NCBI GenBank assembly: GCA_035602725.1
Contig: DATNLT010000049.1
Coordinates: forward strand, 2,524 to 66,523
Reading direction: 5' to 3'
DNA: 64,000 nucleotides
Source: Candidatus Acidiferrales bacterium
GTDB lineage: Bacteria; Acidobacteriota; Terriglobia; Acidiferrales; UBA7541
The notes under the pieces were generated by a model that ran no database searches, was not told the origin of the DNA, and saw only the letters and a program-made list of their open reading frames with translations. Made by a program: the position numbers and the translations under genes. Shown here one piece after another: positions 18,191-27,020 of this stretch. Numbering within the stretch: position 1 is the first letter of the stretch; the number at the start of each line of letters is the position of its first letter.

Positions 18191-21100
18191 ATGCGCAACC
18201 GAGCAAAACTCATTGTCTCTATGGTCATTTGTACCGTCTTGTTTTTTGTAAGTTCGCAAGTATTTCGCGGCGCGCAGCGCGTTTCGAACGAGCCGGCACC
18301 GACCGGAATAGCGCCGCTTTACGATCCGGGCGTTTCCCCAGATGGTTCCGAAATTGCATTTGTTTCCGGGGGTGATATTTGGACGGTGCCCGCTGCAGGA
18401 GGAGTGGCGCACCTACTGATTTCCGATCCCGCCACGGAGTCGCGACCCGTCTATTCGCCGGACGGAAAGACGCTTGCGTTTGTTTCCACGCGGACGGGCA
18501 ATGGCGACATTTACATCTTCGATTTTGCAACGGGCCAGGTGCGACGGCTTACCTTTGACGATGCGCCCGATCAACTCAGTGCGTGGTCGCACGATGGCCG
18601 CTGGATTTATTTCTCCACCGCGAGCCACGATATTTCCGGCCAGAATGACATTTATCGCATCAGCGCCGACGGCGGAACGCCCATGCCCGTGTGTGCTGAC
18701 CGCTACGTGAATGAGTTTTTTGCCGCGCCCGCTCCCGACGGCGAGACCATCGCGATCAACGATCGCGGCATAGCCTCAAGCCAATGGTGGCGCCGCGGGC
18801 ATAGCCATCTGGATGAAAGCCAGATCGTACTGTGCCATACAGGCGCGCCGCCGAAATATGAGAGCGTCACGGACGGACAGGCCAAGGAGCTTTGGCCGAT
18901 GTGGGGCGCAGACGGCAAAACGCTGTACTACATGTCCGACCGCAGCGGCGCTGAAAATATCTGGAGCAAGCCTCGGTCCAGCCCCCCGAAGGAAATTACA
19001 CACTTTCGCGACGGCCGGGTTTTGTGGCCGGCGATTTCGAGTGATGGCCGCACAATCGTTTTCGAACGCGACTTCGGGATCTGGAAGCTGGATGCTTCGT
19101 CGGGTGAGGCGCACAAGGTCGCTATTACGCTGCGTGGGGCGCCGTCCGGCGCTGGCGTCGAGCACCGCAGCCTGACCAACGGATTTGAGGAGCTGCAACT
19201 CTCGCCCGATGGGAAAAAGGTCGCATTCGCGGTACACGGGCAGATCTTTGCCGCCTCGGCAAAGGATGGGGGTGATGCCGCTCACGTCACCACGAGCAAC
19301 GGCAAGGAAGATGAGCTGAACTGGTCGCCCGACAGCCGCCACCTCGTGTACGTTTCGGACCGGGATGGCAGGCCAAACTTATTCCTCTATGATTTCGCGT
19401 CACGCGAGGAAAAGCAGCTCACCAAGGGCACCGACGCCGACACGCAACCGCAGTTTTCTCCGGACGGCAAACAGATTGCCTTCCTGCGTGAAGCGAAAAA
19501 GTTGATGGTAATGGATGCGGGTGGCCAGAAGGAGCGCATGCTTGCGACTGGCGCCTTAGACCGGCCGCCGCTGGGATCGAACCGGCCCTTCATTTGGTCG
19601 CCAGATAGCAAGTGGATCGCTTTCCTGTCGGTGGGCGAAAAAGACTTTAGAAATGTAATGATTGTCCCGGCGGCGGAGAACAGTTCCGAAGCCAAGCCCG
19701 CGACGTTCCTGGCGAACGCATTTTCGGATGATTTGACCTGGAGCCCGGACGGCGCCTATCTGCTTTTCAACACGAGCCAACGCACCGAGGAAGTCCAGGT
19801 GGCACGCGTCGACCTGGTGCCGCATGCGCCACGCTTTCGCGAAGACGAGTTTCGCGATCTTTTCCGCGAAGAGACGCCGCGTACCATGCCGTCATCCCCA
19901 CGCCAAACCGAGCCTGCTCCGGCGCCATTAACGACTCCCGCGCCGGCGAAGCCCGAACCTACCGCAGCCGATACTAACGGCAAGAAGAAGGAGCCCAAGC
20001 CCGTTCAAATCGTATGGGACGACATTCGAAGGCGACTGAGCTTCCTGCCGATCGGGCTGAGCGTCGGTTCGCTGAGCATCAGTCCAGACGGAAAGTTGCT
20101 CCTCGTGACGGCCACTGTCGCCGGCCAGCAGAACTTATACCTCTATTCACTCGATGAGTTGGCTAAGGAACCGGCAGTGGCGCGGCAACTCACCTCCACG
20201 CCGGGTGGCAAACGCGGCGCGCAATTCTCACCGGATGGTAAAGATGTCTATTACCTGCACCAAGGCCGCGTGGAAATCGCCAATGTGGAGTCACATCAAT
20301 CGAAACCGCTGGCGATCACGGCAGAGATGGAGGTTGATTTTTCTCGCGAGAAGATGGAGGTGTTTCACGAAGCCTGGTCCTATCTCGGTGACAATTATTT
20401 CAATCCGAAAATGAATGGACTCGACTGGCCGGCCGAGCGTGCGAAATATGAACCGTACGTGGCAGGATCGGCGACGCCTGACGAGATGCGTCGCGTGATC
20501 TCTCTGATGATCGGCGATATGAACTCCTCCCACTCCGGGATCGGCGCCGGCGGGGCGGGCGGGCCGAGATTCGCGACGGGGCGCCTGGGGGTAATGTTCG
20601 ATCCCGCCGAGTACGATCGCACCGCCAAGCTCCGCATCAGCGAAATTATTCCATTGGGTCCTGTGGACCTTACCAAGGAAATCAAAGTAGGGGATTTCCT
20701 TCTCGCCGTGGACGGCGCTCCCATTGGGAAGCAGAGTAACCTGGATGAGCTGCTCGAAAACAAGGTGGATCGCCGTGTAGAACTGGAAATCGCGTCATCG
20801 GCGGAAGGCGCTGGAAAACATACGGTTGCTGTGGAGACGATTAGCCGCGCTACCGATGCGGCATTGCTTTACCGCGATTGGGTGGAACGAAATCGAGGCT
20901 ACGTGGCGAAAACCAGCAACGGCCGGCTGGGCTACGTGCACATGCTGGATATGTCTCAAGAATCGCTCGAGAGACTTTTTCTCGATCTCGACGCGCAAAA
21001 CCAGAGCTACGAAGGTGTGGTGGTGGATGTGCGCAACAACAACGGCGGTTTCGTCAATGTCTATGCCATTGATGTGCTCGCGCGGCAAAGCTATCTGACG

Positions 21101-21499
21101 ATGACGACCCGAGGTTTGCCGTCCGCTCCGGCGCGTACATTGCTTGGACAACGGGTACTAGAGCACCCGACCATCCTGGTCACCAATGAAGCTTCGCTTT
21201 CCGATGCGGAGGACTTCACCGAAGGCTATCGCACGCTGCATCTGGGAAAGGTGGTTGGTGAGCCCACCGCGGGATGGATCATCTACACCTCAAACGTTTC
21301 TCTCGTCGATGGATCAAGCCTGCGCATCCCATTTATCCGCGTGCAGGGCCATGACGGCTCCGACATGGAACTTCACCCGCGCCCCGTGGATATCGAGGTG
21401 GTCCGTCCGTTTGGAGAGACTTACGCGGGAAAGGATTCGCAGCTCGACGCGGCCGTGAAGGAGCTATTGAGCGAACTCACCTCAAAATCGCGCCAGTGA
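18191..21499 (+). CDS. tricorn-like protease (TolB-type beta-propellers + PDZ + S41 peptidase)
   Basis: The protein is 1102 aa. It has many SPDGxxIAFVS / DIY propeller repeats and a PDZ-like segment (IKVGDFLLAVDGAPIG). The S41 core is VVVDVRNNNGGF ... TNEASLSDAEDF ... GEPTAG. It has a signal/anchor at the N-terminus. Confidence 0.8.
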   Translation: MRNRAKLIVSMVICTVLFFVSSQVFRGAQRVSNEPAPTGIAPLYDPGVSPDGSEIAFVSGGDIWTVPAAGGVAHLLISDPATESRPVYSPDGKTLAFVSTRTGNGDIYIFDFATGQVRRLTFDDAPDQLSAWSHDGRWIYFSTASHDISGQNDIYRISADGGTPMPVCADRYVNEFFAAPAPDGETIAINDRGIASSQWWRRGHSHLDESQIVLCHTGAPPKYESVTDGQAKELWPMWGADGKTLYYMSDRSGAENIWSKPRSSPPKEITHFRDGRVLWPAISSDGRTIVFERDFGIWKLDASSGEAHKVAITLRGAPSGAGVEHRSLTNGFEELQLSPDGKKVAFAVHGQIFAASAKDGGDAAHVTTSNGKEDELNWSPDSRHLVYVSDRDGRPNLFLYDFASREEKQLTKGTDADTQPQFSPDGKQIAFLREAKKLMVMDAGGQKERMLATGALDRPPLGSNRPFIWSPDSKWIAFLSVGEKDFRNVMIVPAAENSSEAKPATFLANAFSDDLTWSPDGAYLLFNTSQRTEEVQVARVDLVPHAPRFREDEFRDLFREETPRTMPSSPRQTEPAPAPLTTPAPAKPEPTAADTNGKKKEPKPVQIVWDDIRRRLSFLPIGLSVGSLSISPDGKLLLVTATVAGQQNLYLYSLDELAKEPAVARQLTSTPGGKRGAQFSPDGKDVYYLHQGRVEIANVESHQSKPLAITAEMEVDFSREKMEVFHEAWSYLGDNYFNPKMNGLDWPAERAKYEPYVAGSATPDEMRRVISLMIGDMNSSHSGIGAGGAGGPRFATGRLGVMFDPAEYDRTAKLRISEIIPLGPVDLTKEIKVGDFLLAVDGAPIGKQSNLDELLENKVDRRVELEIASSAEGAGKHTVAVETISRATDAALLYRDWVERNRGYVAKTSNGRLGYVHMLDMSQESLERLFLDLDAQNQSYEGVVVDVRNNNGGFVNVYAIDVLARQSYLTMTTRGLPSAPARTLLGQRVLEHPTILVTNEASLSDAEDFTEGYRTLHLGKVVGEPTAGWIIYTSNVSLVDGSSLRIPFIRVQGHDGSDMELHPRPVDIEVVRPFGETYAGKDSQLDAAVKELLSELTSKSRQ

Positions 21500-22209
21500 G
21501 CCCGCGCATCCAACGGGCAGCAGGTGTGAAGGAGAGCGCGATTCCTGTCGATGGCAGTCCGGAGGATGAAAGGCTTAGCGCTCTTCGGCGCGTGATGGTG
21601 GAAGAACAAATTCGAGCGCGAGGGATCAGTTCTGAACGAGTGCTGGAAGCGATGCGCACCGTGCCGCGCCATCTTTTTGTGCCACCCGAACGCATCGATT
21701 TCGCTTACGCCGATCACCCTATTGAAATCGGTGAAGGGCAGACCATTTCACAGCCCTTCATGGTTGCGGCTATGGCGGCGGTGTTGGAACTCCGCGGCAC
21801 GGAAACCGTTCTTGAAGTGGGCACGGGGTCGGGTTATTCGGCGGCGGTGTTGTCGTTGCTTGCTGCGAGGGTTTATACCGTCGAGAAATATCCAATGTTG
21901 GCTGAAGGCGCCCGGCAAAGGCTTGATGGTCTGGGCTATCGGAATGTGTTTGTGGAAATTGGAGATGGATCAGCTGGGTTTCCTTCCGGTGCACCGTTTG
22001 ATGCCATTGCCGTGGCCGCCGCAGCGCCGAAAGTGCCTGCGCCGCTGGCGGAGCAACTCGCCGAAGGCGGACGCTTGGTTGTTCCCGTAGGCGAAGGCGA
22101 AAATCAGGAATTGGTTCTGGCCACGAAGACGAACGGGACAATCAGTTCTCGAGTCGTAGCTTACTGCCGCTTTGTGCCGCTTATGGGCCGATATGGCTTT
22201 GGGGGCTGA
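21496..22209 (+). CDS. pcm: protein-L-isoaspartate O-methyltransferase
   Basis: Motifs PRHLFVP, QTISQPFMVAAM, and the SAM motif VLEVGTGSGYSAAVL. The GTG start overlaps the protease stop (GTGA). An alternative start is Met at 21595. Confidence 0.9.
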   Translation: MSPRIQRAAGVKESAIPVDGSPEDERLSALRRVMVEEQIRARGISSERVLEAMRTVPRHLFVPPERIDFAYADHPIEIGEGQTISQPFMVAAMAAVLELRGTETVLEVGTGSGYSAAVLSLLAARVYTVEKYPMLAEGARQRLDGLGYRNVFVEIGDGSAGFPSGAPFDAIAVAAAAPKVPAPLAEQLAEGGRLVVPVGEGENQELVLATKTNGTISSRVVAYCRFVPLMGRYGFGG

Positions 22210-22219
22210 AGGGCAGAAT

Positions 22220-22969
22220 ATGACTTTACCCTGCCCGCAGCTCTCGATCGTGATCCCAGCATACAACGAAGAGGCGCGGCTGCCCCGCACGCTCAAGAGA
22301 ATTCAAAGCTGGCTGGACTATCGAAAGCTGTCGGCGGAAGTGATCGTTGTGGACGACGGATCGACCGATGCCACCGCGCGTCTGGTCACCGAGTGGCAGC
22401 TCCCGTGGCCGGAGTTAAAGCTTGTGGCGAATCCTGGGAATTGCGGGAAAGGATACAGCGTCCGGCACGGCACGCTCGAGGCTCGCGGCGACATTGTACT
22501 CTTCACGGACGCCGACCTTTCTGCTCCCATCGAGGAAGCTGACAAACTGCTCGCCGCCCTCCAGACGCACGATTTTGCAATCGGGTCACGGGCCTTGAAT
22601 CGAAAGTTGATCGCGGTGCATGAATCGCCCTTCCGGGAATTCGCAGGAATCGTCTTCAATTACATCGTACGCCTGGTGCTTTGGCTGCCCTTTGCCGATA
22701 CGCAATGCGGCTTCAAGGCTTTTTATCGGGAGCGTGCCCGCATTGTGTTCGAGCAGCAGCGAGTGGATCGCTTCGGTTTCGATCCCGAACTGCTCTTTCT
22801 CGCGCTGCGCCACGGACTCACCGTTGCGGAGGTCCCCGTCCGATGGGCGCATGATCCGCGGACAAGAGTAGCAATGGCACGGGACAGCCTGAGGATGTTT
22901 GCGGAGGTATGGTGGATCCGCTGGAATGCGCTGATGGGAAGATATCCGACAGGGGGGAAAAGGCGTTAG
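22220..22969 (+). CDS. family 2 glycosyltransferase (polyprenyl/dolichyl-phosphate glycosyltransferase-like)
   Basis: Motifs LSIVIPAYNEE, VIVVDDGSTD, FTDADLS (DXD) and QCGFKAF. The ORF 22172..22969 is trimmed to ATG 22220. Confidence 0.8.
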   Translation: MTLPCPQLSIVIPAYNEEARLPRTLKRIQSWLDYRKLSAEVIVVDDGSTDATARLVTEWQLPWPELKLVANPGNCGKGYSVRHGTLEARGDIVLFTDADLSAPIEEADKLLAALQTHDFAIGSRALNRKLIAVHESPFREFAGIVFNYIVRLVLWLPFADTQCGFKAFYRERARIVFEQQRVDRFGFDPELLFLALRHGLTVAEVPVRWAHDPRTRVAMARDSLRMFAEVWWIRWNALMGRYPTGGKRR

Positions 22970-22987
22970 CTTTACCGCGCAAAGTAC

Positions 22988-23015
22988 TTGACAGGAATTG
23001 AAAAACGCGTATGCT
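22988..23015 (+). promoter_or_regulatory. sigma70-like promoter candidate (TTGACA-16 nt-TATGCT), predicting a near-leaderless mRNA
   Basis: TTGACA at 22988-22993 and TATGCT at 23010-23015. The -10 element overlaps ATG 23011. The second in-frame ATG at 23023 is 7-8 nt downstream of the -10. Confidence 0.3.
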
Positions 23016-23631
23016 GAATCCTATGCGGGCACGTTCCTCCTCGGTTGCCGTCGAACCTGTACGGCTCGAAGTTCGCGCGGCCGATAACCTTCGCTTCATC
23101 CGCGAGACCATGGAAAGCGCGGGCCGCTTTACAGCCGTGCCCGGCTGGGGCGGCGTGGGTATGGGGTTAACGGCATTGGCGGCGGCCGTAATCGCGGCGG
23201 AGCAGGTGTTGCCGTTGCGTTGGTTGACGGTATGGCTTGTAGAACTGGCCCTGGCCGTGGCCATTGCTTCCGGCGCCACCGTTCGAAAAGCACGCGCTTC
23301 GAAAAGTAAAGTTTTTTCCGCCCCCGGCCAGAAGTTCGTTCTGAGTTTTCTGCCCCCGCTGGTGGTCGGCGCCCTGATAACGGTGATTCTGGTGCATGCT
23401 GGACTTTTCTCCGCGCTACCGGGCACGTGGCTTCTTCTGTATGGCGCGGCAGTGGTAACGGGCGGAGCATTCTCCGTGCGCGTGGTTCCCGTGATGGGAC
23501 TCTGCTTGATGGTAATCGGGACCGTGGCGCTGTTCACGCCAGCGAATTGGGGAAATATTTGGATGGGCGCGGGCTTTGGCGGTCTGCAGATTGTATTCGG
23601 CGTGATGATCGCTTTGCGATACGGAGGCTGA
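23011..23631 (+). CDS. hypothetical multi-pass membrane protein (start 23011 or 23023)
   Basis: The protein has 5-6 hydrophobic segments (GMGLTALAAAVIAAE, LVELALAVAIASGA, FLPPLVVGALITVILV, LLLYGAAVVTGGAF, LCLMVIGTVALF, GGLQIVFGVMIAL). It is followed after 11 nt by a winged-helix regulator. Confidence 0.6.
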   Translation: MLNPMRARSSSVAVEPVRLEVRAADNLRFIRETMESAGRFTAVPGWGGVGMGLTALAAAVIAAEQVLPLRWLTVWLVELALAVAIASGATVRKARASKSKVFSAPGQKFVLSFLPPLVVGALITVILVHAGLFSALPGTWLLLYGAAVVTGGAFSVRVVPVMGLCLMVIGTVALFTPANWGNIWMGAGFGGLQIVFGVMIALRYGG

Positions 23632-23642
23632 AAGGTTCGGCT

Positions 23643-24035
23643 GTGGCAAAATCAAGTTCACTGGCGCAGGATCGAACGGCTAGAGGCCGCAGCAACTCCG
23701 CGGAAGCTCTGAAAATCAGCCGCGCCCACCCGGAAGCCGTCGCGCCCGATCTGGATCGGTTGATCCATGAGCGCATGCGGCTGGGAATCGTGAGCGCGCT
23801 GGCGGTGAACGATTCGTTGACGTTCAATCAACTCAAGGCTCTGCTCAAAACGACGGACGGCAATCTGAGCGTGCATGCCCGCAAGCTTGAGGAAGCGGCT
23901 TATATTACGTGTTCCAAGTCATTCGACGGACGTCTGCCGAAGACCGAGTTTCATCTCACCGCGTCCGGGCGGAAGGCTCTCGAGCGTTATCTGGACCATA
24001 TGGAAGCTTTGATTCGTTCCATGCGCGACCGCTAA
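23643..24035 (+). CDS. winged-helix (HTH_34/ArsR-like) transcriptional regulator
   Basis: ORF 23427..24035, trimmed to the in-frame GTG at 23643 after the upstream gene ends. The wHTH pattern is LDRLIHERMRLGIVSALAVNDSLTFNQLKALLKTTDGNLSVHARKLEEAAYI. Confidence 0.65.
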   Translation: MAKSSSLAQDRTARGRSNSAEALKISRAHPEAVAPDLDRLIHERMRLGIVSALAVNDSLTFNQLKALLKTTDGNLSVHARKLEEAAYITCSKSFDGRLPKTEFHLTASGRKALERYLDHMEALIRSMRDR

Positions 24036-24115
24036 GAGGCATAGCAAATTTTTTTGCGTAGTGACTTTGTAATAGAAAGTAATTTGCAGTTAGCAAGCAG
24101 CCTTAAGGAAATGCC

Positions 24116-24829
24116 ATGAGCCCGATGACCTCTTGTCCCTTGCATGTTGCCATCATGATGGATGGCAATGGCCGCTGGGCGCTCCGCCGCGGCGAGCCCC
24201 GTTCGAGCGGCCACCAGCGCGGCGCGGAAAATGTACGCGCCATTGTGCAGGCCGCGGTCGAGTTGGGCGTTGCCACGCTTACGCTGCACGCTTTCTCTTC
24301 TGACAACTGGCGGCGGCCCACGCGGGAAGTCGCCGCTCTGATGCGCCTGCTCCACGATTACCTGGAGAAGGAAGCGGCGCATTGCGCGCGACACGACATT
24401 CGTATTTCCGTGATTGGGCGCCGCGATCGTTTGCCGGCGGTCCTGCGCCAGACCATCGAAGCTGCCGAAACCGCCACGGCTGCGGGCAGCCGATTCCATT
24501 TGCGTCTGGCCGTGGATTATTCCGCCCGCGAAGCGATCTTCCGCGCCGCATGCCGCTTCTACAAGGCCACGCGCGTATCGCGCGAATCCTTCGAGGAAGT
24601 ATTGGGCGAAGTCAGCCACGGAGGCGTGCCCGAGCTGGATTTCCTGATTCGCACCGGCGGCGAGCAACGCCTCAGCGATTTTCTTCTGTGGGAATGCGCT
24701 TACGCGGAACTCTACTTCACGCGAAAAATGTGGCCGGAGTTTACCGCCCAGGATTTCGCCGCTGCGCTCGCCGAATTTCGTTCCCGCGACCGCCGCTTCG
24801 GAAGCGTTCCGGAAGCGGTTGCAAGCTAA
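24116..24829 (+). CDS. uppS: isoprenyl transferase / undecaprenyl diphosphate synthase
   Basis: Motifs HVAIMMDGNGRWA, FSSDNWRRP, and DFLIRTGGEQRLSDFLLWECAYAELYF. Confidence 0.92.
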   Translation: MSPMTSCPLHVAIMMDGNGRWALRRGEPRSSGHQRGAENVRAIVQAAVELGVATLTLHAFSSDNWRRPTREVAALMRLLHDYLEKEAAHCARHDIRISVIGRRDRLPAVLRQTIEAAETATAAGSRFHLRLAVDYSAREAIFRAACRFYKATRVSRESFEEVLGEVSHGGVPELDFLIRTGGEQRLSDFLLWECAYAELYFTRKMWPEFTAQDFAAALAEFRSRDRRFGSVPEAVAS

Positions 24830-24852
24830 CCCCCTGCAAAGGAGGACTCTCC

Positions 24853-25560
24853 ATGGCACGCATGCCGATGTTCGCCCCGCTGGCCGTTCTCGCCTTTCTC
24901 GGCGCCGGCGCAGGGCTTTTTCTGATGGTCATTGTTTTTCTTTTTGGCGTCTTCAGCCGCAAATATACCGTCGCGAAGATCGGCGCCTCCGTCGCACTCG
25001 CCGGTGTAATTTTCTATGCCGTCCTGCTTTTCTCGTTTTCGGCGGCCAGCCATGAACAGACGCTTGCCATGGGAGAGCATAAGTATTTCTGCGAGGTGGA
25101 CTGCCACATCGCCTATTCCGTCCAGAGCGTCACCCGGCAGCGTTCCCTTGGCCCGGCCTCGGCACCTCTCGATGCCGCCGGCGTGTTTTACATCGTCCGT
25201 TTGCAAACTTGGTTCGATCCCGCCACCATTTCCGCGACGCGCGGAGACGGTCCGCTTATGCCCTCACCGCACCGAGCCGTGATCGTAGACGGGGCGGGCC
25301 GTGAATACCCATCTTCATGTCTGGCGCTTGCCGAGCTGGGCCCGGACTCCGCCAAAACACCATTGCTGACCCCGCTTCGCCCCGGCGAGTCCTATGTCAC
25401 CGACTTTGTCTTCGATTTGCCGGCAACCATTTCGAACCCGCGCTTGCTGGTTAAGGACGATGACTTCGTGACGTCTTTCGTCATTGGCCATGAAGATAGC
25501 CCTTTTCACAAGAAAGTCCTCTTCGCGCTCAATCCCGCCAACTCCGCGACGCTGCGCTGA
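24853..25560 (+). CDS. hypothetical membrane-anchored protein
   Basis: ORF 24382..25560, trimmed to ATG 24853, preceded by GGAGGA. It has two N-terminal TM segments, then a beta-rich soluble domain. The upstream part of the ORF overlaps uppS in another frame. Confidence 0.55.
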   Translation: MARMPMFAPLAVLAFLGAGAGLFLMVIVFLFGVFSRKYTVAKIGASVALAGVIFYAVLLFSFSAASHEQTLAMGEHKYFCEVDCHIAYSVQSVTRQRSLGPASAPLDAAGVFYIVRLQTWFDPATISATRGDGPLMPSPHRAVIVDGAGREYPSSCLALAELGPDSAKTPLLTPLRPGESYVTDFVFDLPATISNPRLLVKDDDFVTSFVIGHEDSPFHKKVLFALNPANSATLR

Positions 25561-25676
25561 AGCGTGACCGGAAAAGCTTTCTGTTCGCTGTATATTCAGC
25601 GGGTTACCCCGCCCCTGACACTTCGCCACCTCCCGCCGTCTAAGTAGGTGAGAAAGAAAGTGATGGGAGAGCGGCG

Positions 25677-26345
25677 GTGCAGTTCGAAGGTACACTGAGC
25701 TGGCAAGGCGCCGTCCAGGAGTTCGGTTTGTCCAGGCCTGATGACCCGGCACTCGTGCGTTCTCGCGAGGAAGCACGCGCAGAGGACTCTCTGCTCGCGG
25801 ACGCATGCCGGAGCGGGGCCGTGGATGCATACGAACGGCTCTACCAGTTGCAAGGCGCACGCATGAAGAGTATCGCGATGAACCTGCTGGGAAATGCCCA
25901 CGACGCGGAAGACGTCGTGCAGGAAACGTTCTTGAAGGTGCATCGCGGGATACACCACTTCAAAGGGCAATCGGCCTTTTCCACCTGGGTGTATCGCATC
26001 TTGTTGAATTCCTGTTACGACGCGCGCCGGCGGCGCATCCGGCATCCGGAAACGTCCGAGCAGGATCTTGTGGAAGAAGGCGAGACCTACGAGACGCCAA
26101 CGAAGGGCAGCAATCATCCGCTGCGGCTGACGCTCGAGAAATGCGTGGCGGCGCTCACGCCGCACTTACGCTCGGTCTTTTTGCTTTACGAAGTAGAAGG
26201 CTTCAAGCACTCGGAGATCGGCAACATTTTGGGCGTCTCGGAAATGGCATCAAAAAACGCGCTATATCAGGCGAAGCGAAAGTTGCGCGACATGTTGACA
26301 GAGCGGGGCGGAGCGAGCGCGGTGGCAGGCGGCCGCGACGCATGA
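25677..26345 (+). CDS. RNA polymerase ECF-type sigma-70 factor
   Basis: Region 2 is DAEDVVQETFLKVHRGIHHFKGQSAFSTWVYRILLN. The region 4 HTH is GFKHSEIGNILGVSEMASKNALYQAKRKL. The start is GTG. Confidence 0.88.
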   Translation: MQFEGTLSWQGAVQEFGLSRPDDPALVRSREEARAEDSLLADACRSGAVDAYERLYQLQGARMKSIAMNLLGNAHDAEDVVQETFLKVHRGIHHFKGQSAFSTWVYRILLNSCYDARRRRIRHPETSEQDLVEEGETYETPTKGSNHPLRLTLEKCVAALTPHLRSVFLLYEVEGFKHSEIGNILGVSEMASKNALYQAKRKLRDMLTERGGASAVAGGRDA

Positions 26346-27019
26346 GGGACATGATGGCGAGCCAAAGAACATTTCAATGCAGGGATCTCGAAGAGGCGCT
26401 TCGAGAAGAATCGCCCGAGCTGATGGCGGCGCTTGAGGTTCACGCCAAGAGTTGTACTGCGTGCGAACAGGAGCTGCTCGTGTGGCGCGAAATCTCCGTA
26501 GCCGCGCAGGAGATGAAGAAGGAGTGGTCCAGTCCCACGCTGTGGCCCCGGATCGCGCAAGGTCTGAAGGAAGAGGCGGCGAAGCCCAAGACTTGGCGAA
26601 CCTGGTTTGCGATGCCGGGTGGGATTCCGTTGGTGCGTTGGCAACTGGCTCTGGCAGCGGCCTTGTTGCTGATGATTTCGGGTATGAGCGGCTGGCTGAT
26701 GCTGCACCGGGCTGCGCGCATCGCGCCGGATAACCAGCACCTCCTGACGGACCAGGCCGTGCGCGACGTGGAAAAAGCGCAGCAGGCCTACGAGCAATCC
26801 ATCGATAAATTGGCCGCGCTGGCGCAGCCGAAACTTGATAGCGCTGCGACTCCGCTGATGATGAACTATCGCGAAAAGCTAGAGTTATTAAATGCGGCGA
26901 TCGCGGATTGCCGTACAAACCTCGCACAAAATCAGGCGAATGCCTACTTGCGGCGGCAGTTGCTTGGCTTTTATCAGGAAAAAGAACGCACGCTGCAAGA
27001 CGTGCTGCAGGGAGAATGA
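26342..27019 (+). CDS. anti-sigma factor (zf-HC2 N-terminus, single TM)
   Basis: The ATG overlaps the sigma factor stop (ATGA). HAKSCTACEQEL fits H-x3-C-x2-C. The TM segment is WQLALAAALLLMISGMSGWLML. The upstream part of ORF 25805..27019 is a shadow over the sigma gene. Confidence 0.7.
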   Translation: MRDMMASQRTFQCRDLEEALREESPELMAALEVHAKSCTACEQELLVWREISVAAQEMKKEWSSPTLWPRIAQGLKEEAAKPKTWRTWFAMPGGIPLVRWQLALAAALLLMISGMSGWLMLHRAARIAPDNQHLLTDQAVRDVEKAQQAYEQSIDKLAALAQPKLDSAATPLMMNYREKLELLNAAIADCRTNLAQNQANAYLRRQLLGFYQEKERTLQDVLQGE

Positions 27020-27020
27020 C

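Noticed and set aside
22818-23537. Long antisense ORFs: 239 aa at these coordinates, plus 35401..36147 (248 aa), 26262..26927 (221 aa), 15330..16055 (241 aa), 25596..26165 (189 aa), 46631..47263 (210 aa) and others.
   Set aside because: All lie opposite genes with clear family motifs. Their translations are Arg/Pro/Ala/Ser-rich with no recognisable motifs. Long shadow ORFs of this kind are typical in high-GC DNA.
24382-24852. The upstream extension of ORF 24382..25560. The same issue applies to 25805..26341, 26892..27020, 34744..34932, 30017..30190 and 23427..23642.
   Set aside because: These extensions overlap well-supported upstream genes in another frame. Internal starts with an SD or with stop-start coupling give sensible N-termini (signal peptides or known family starts).
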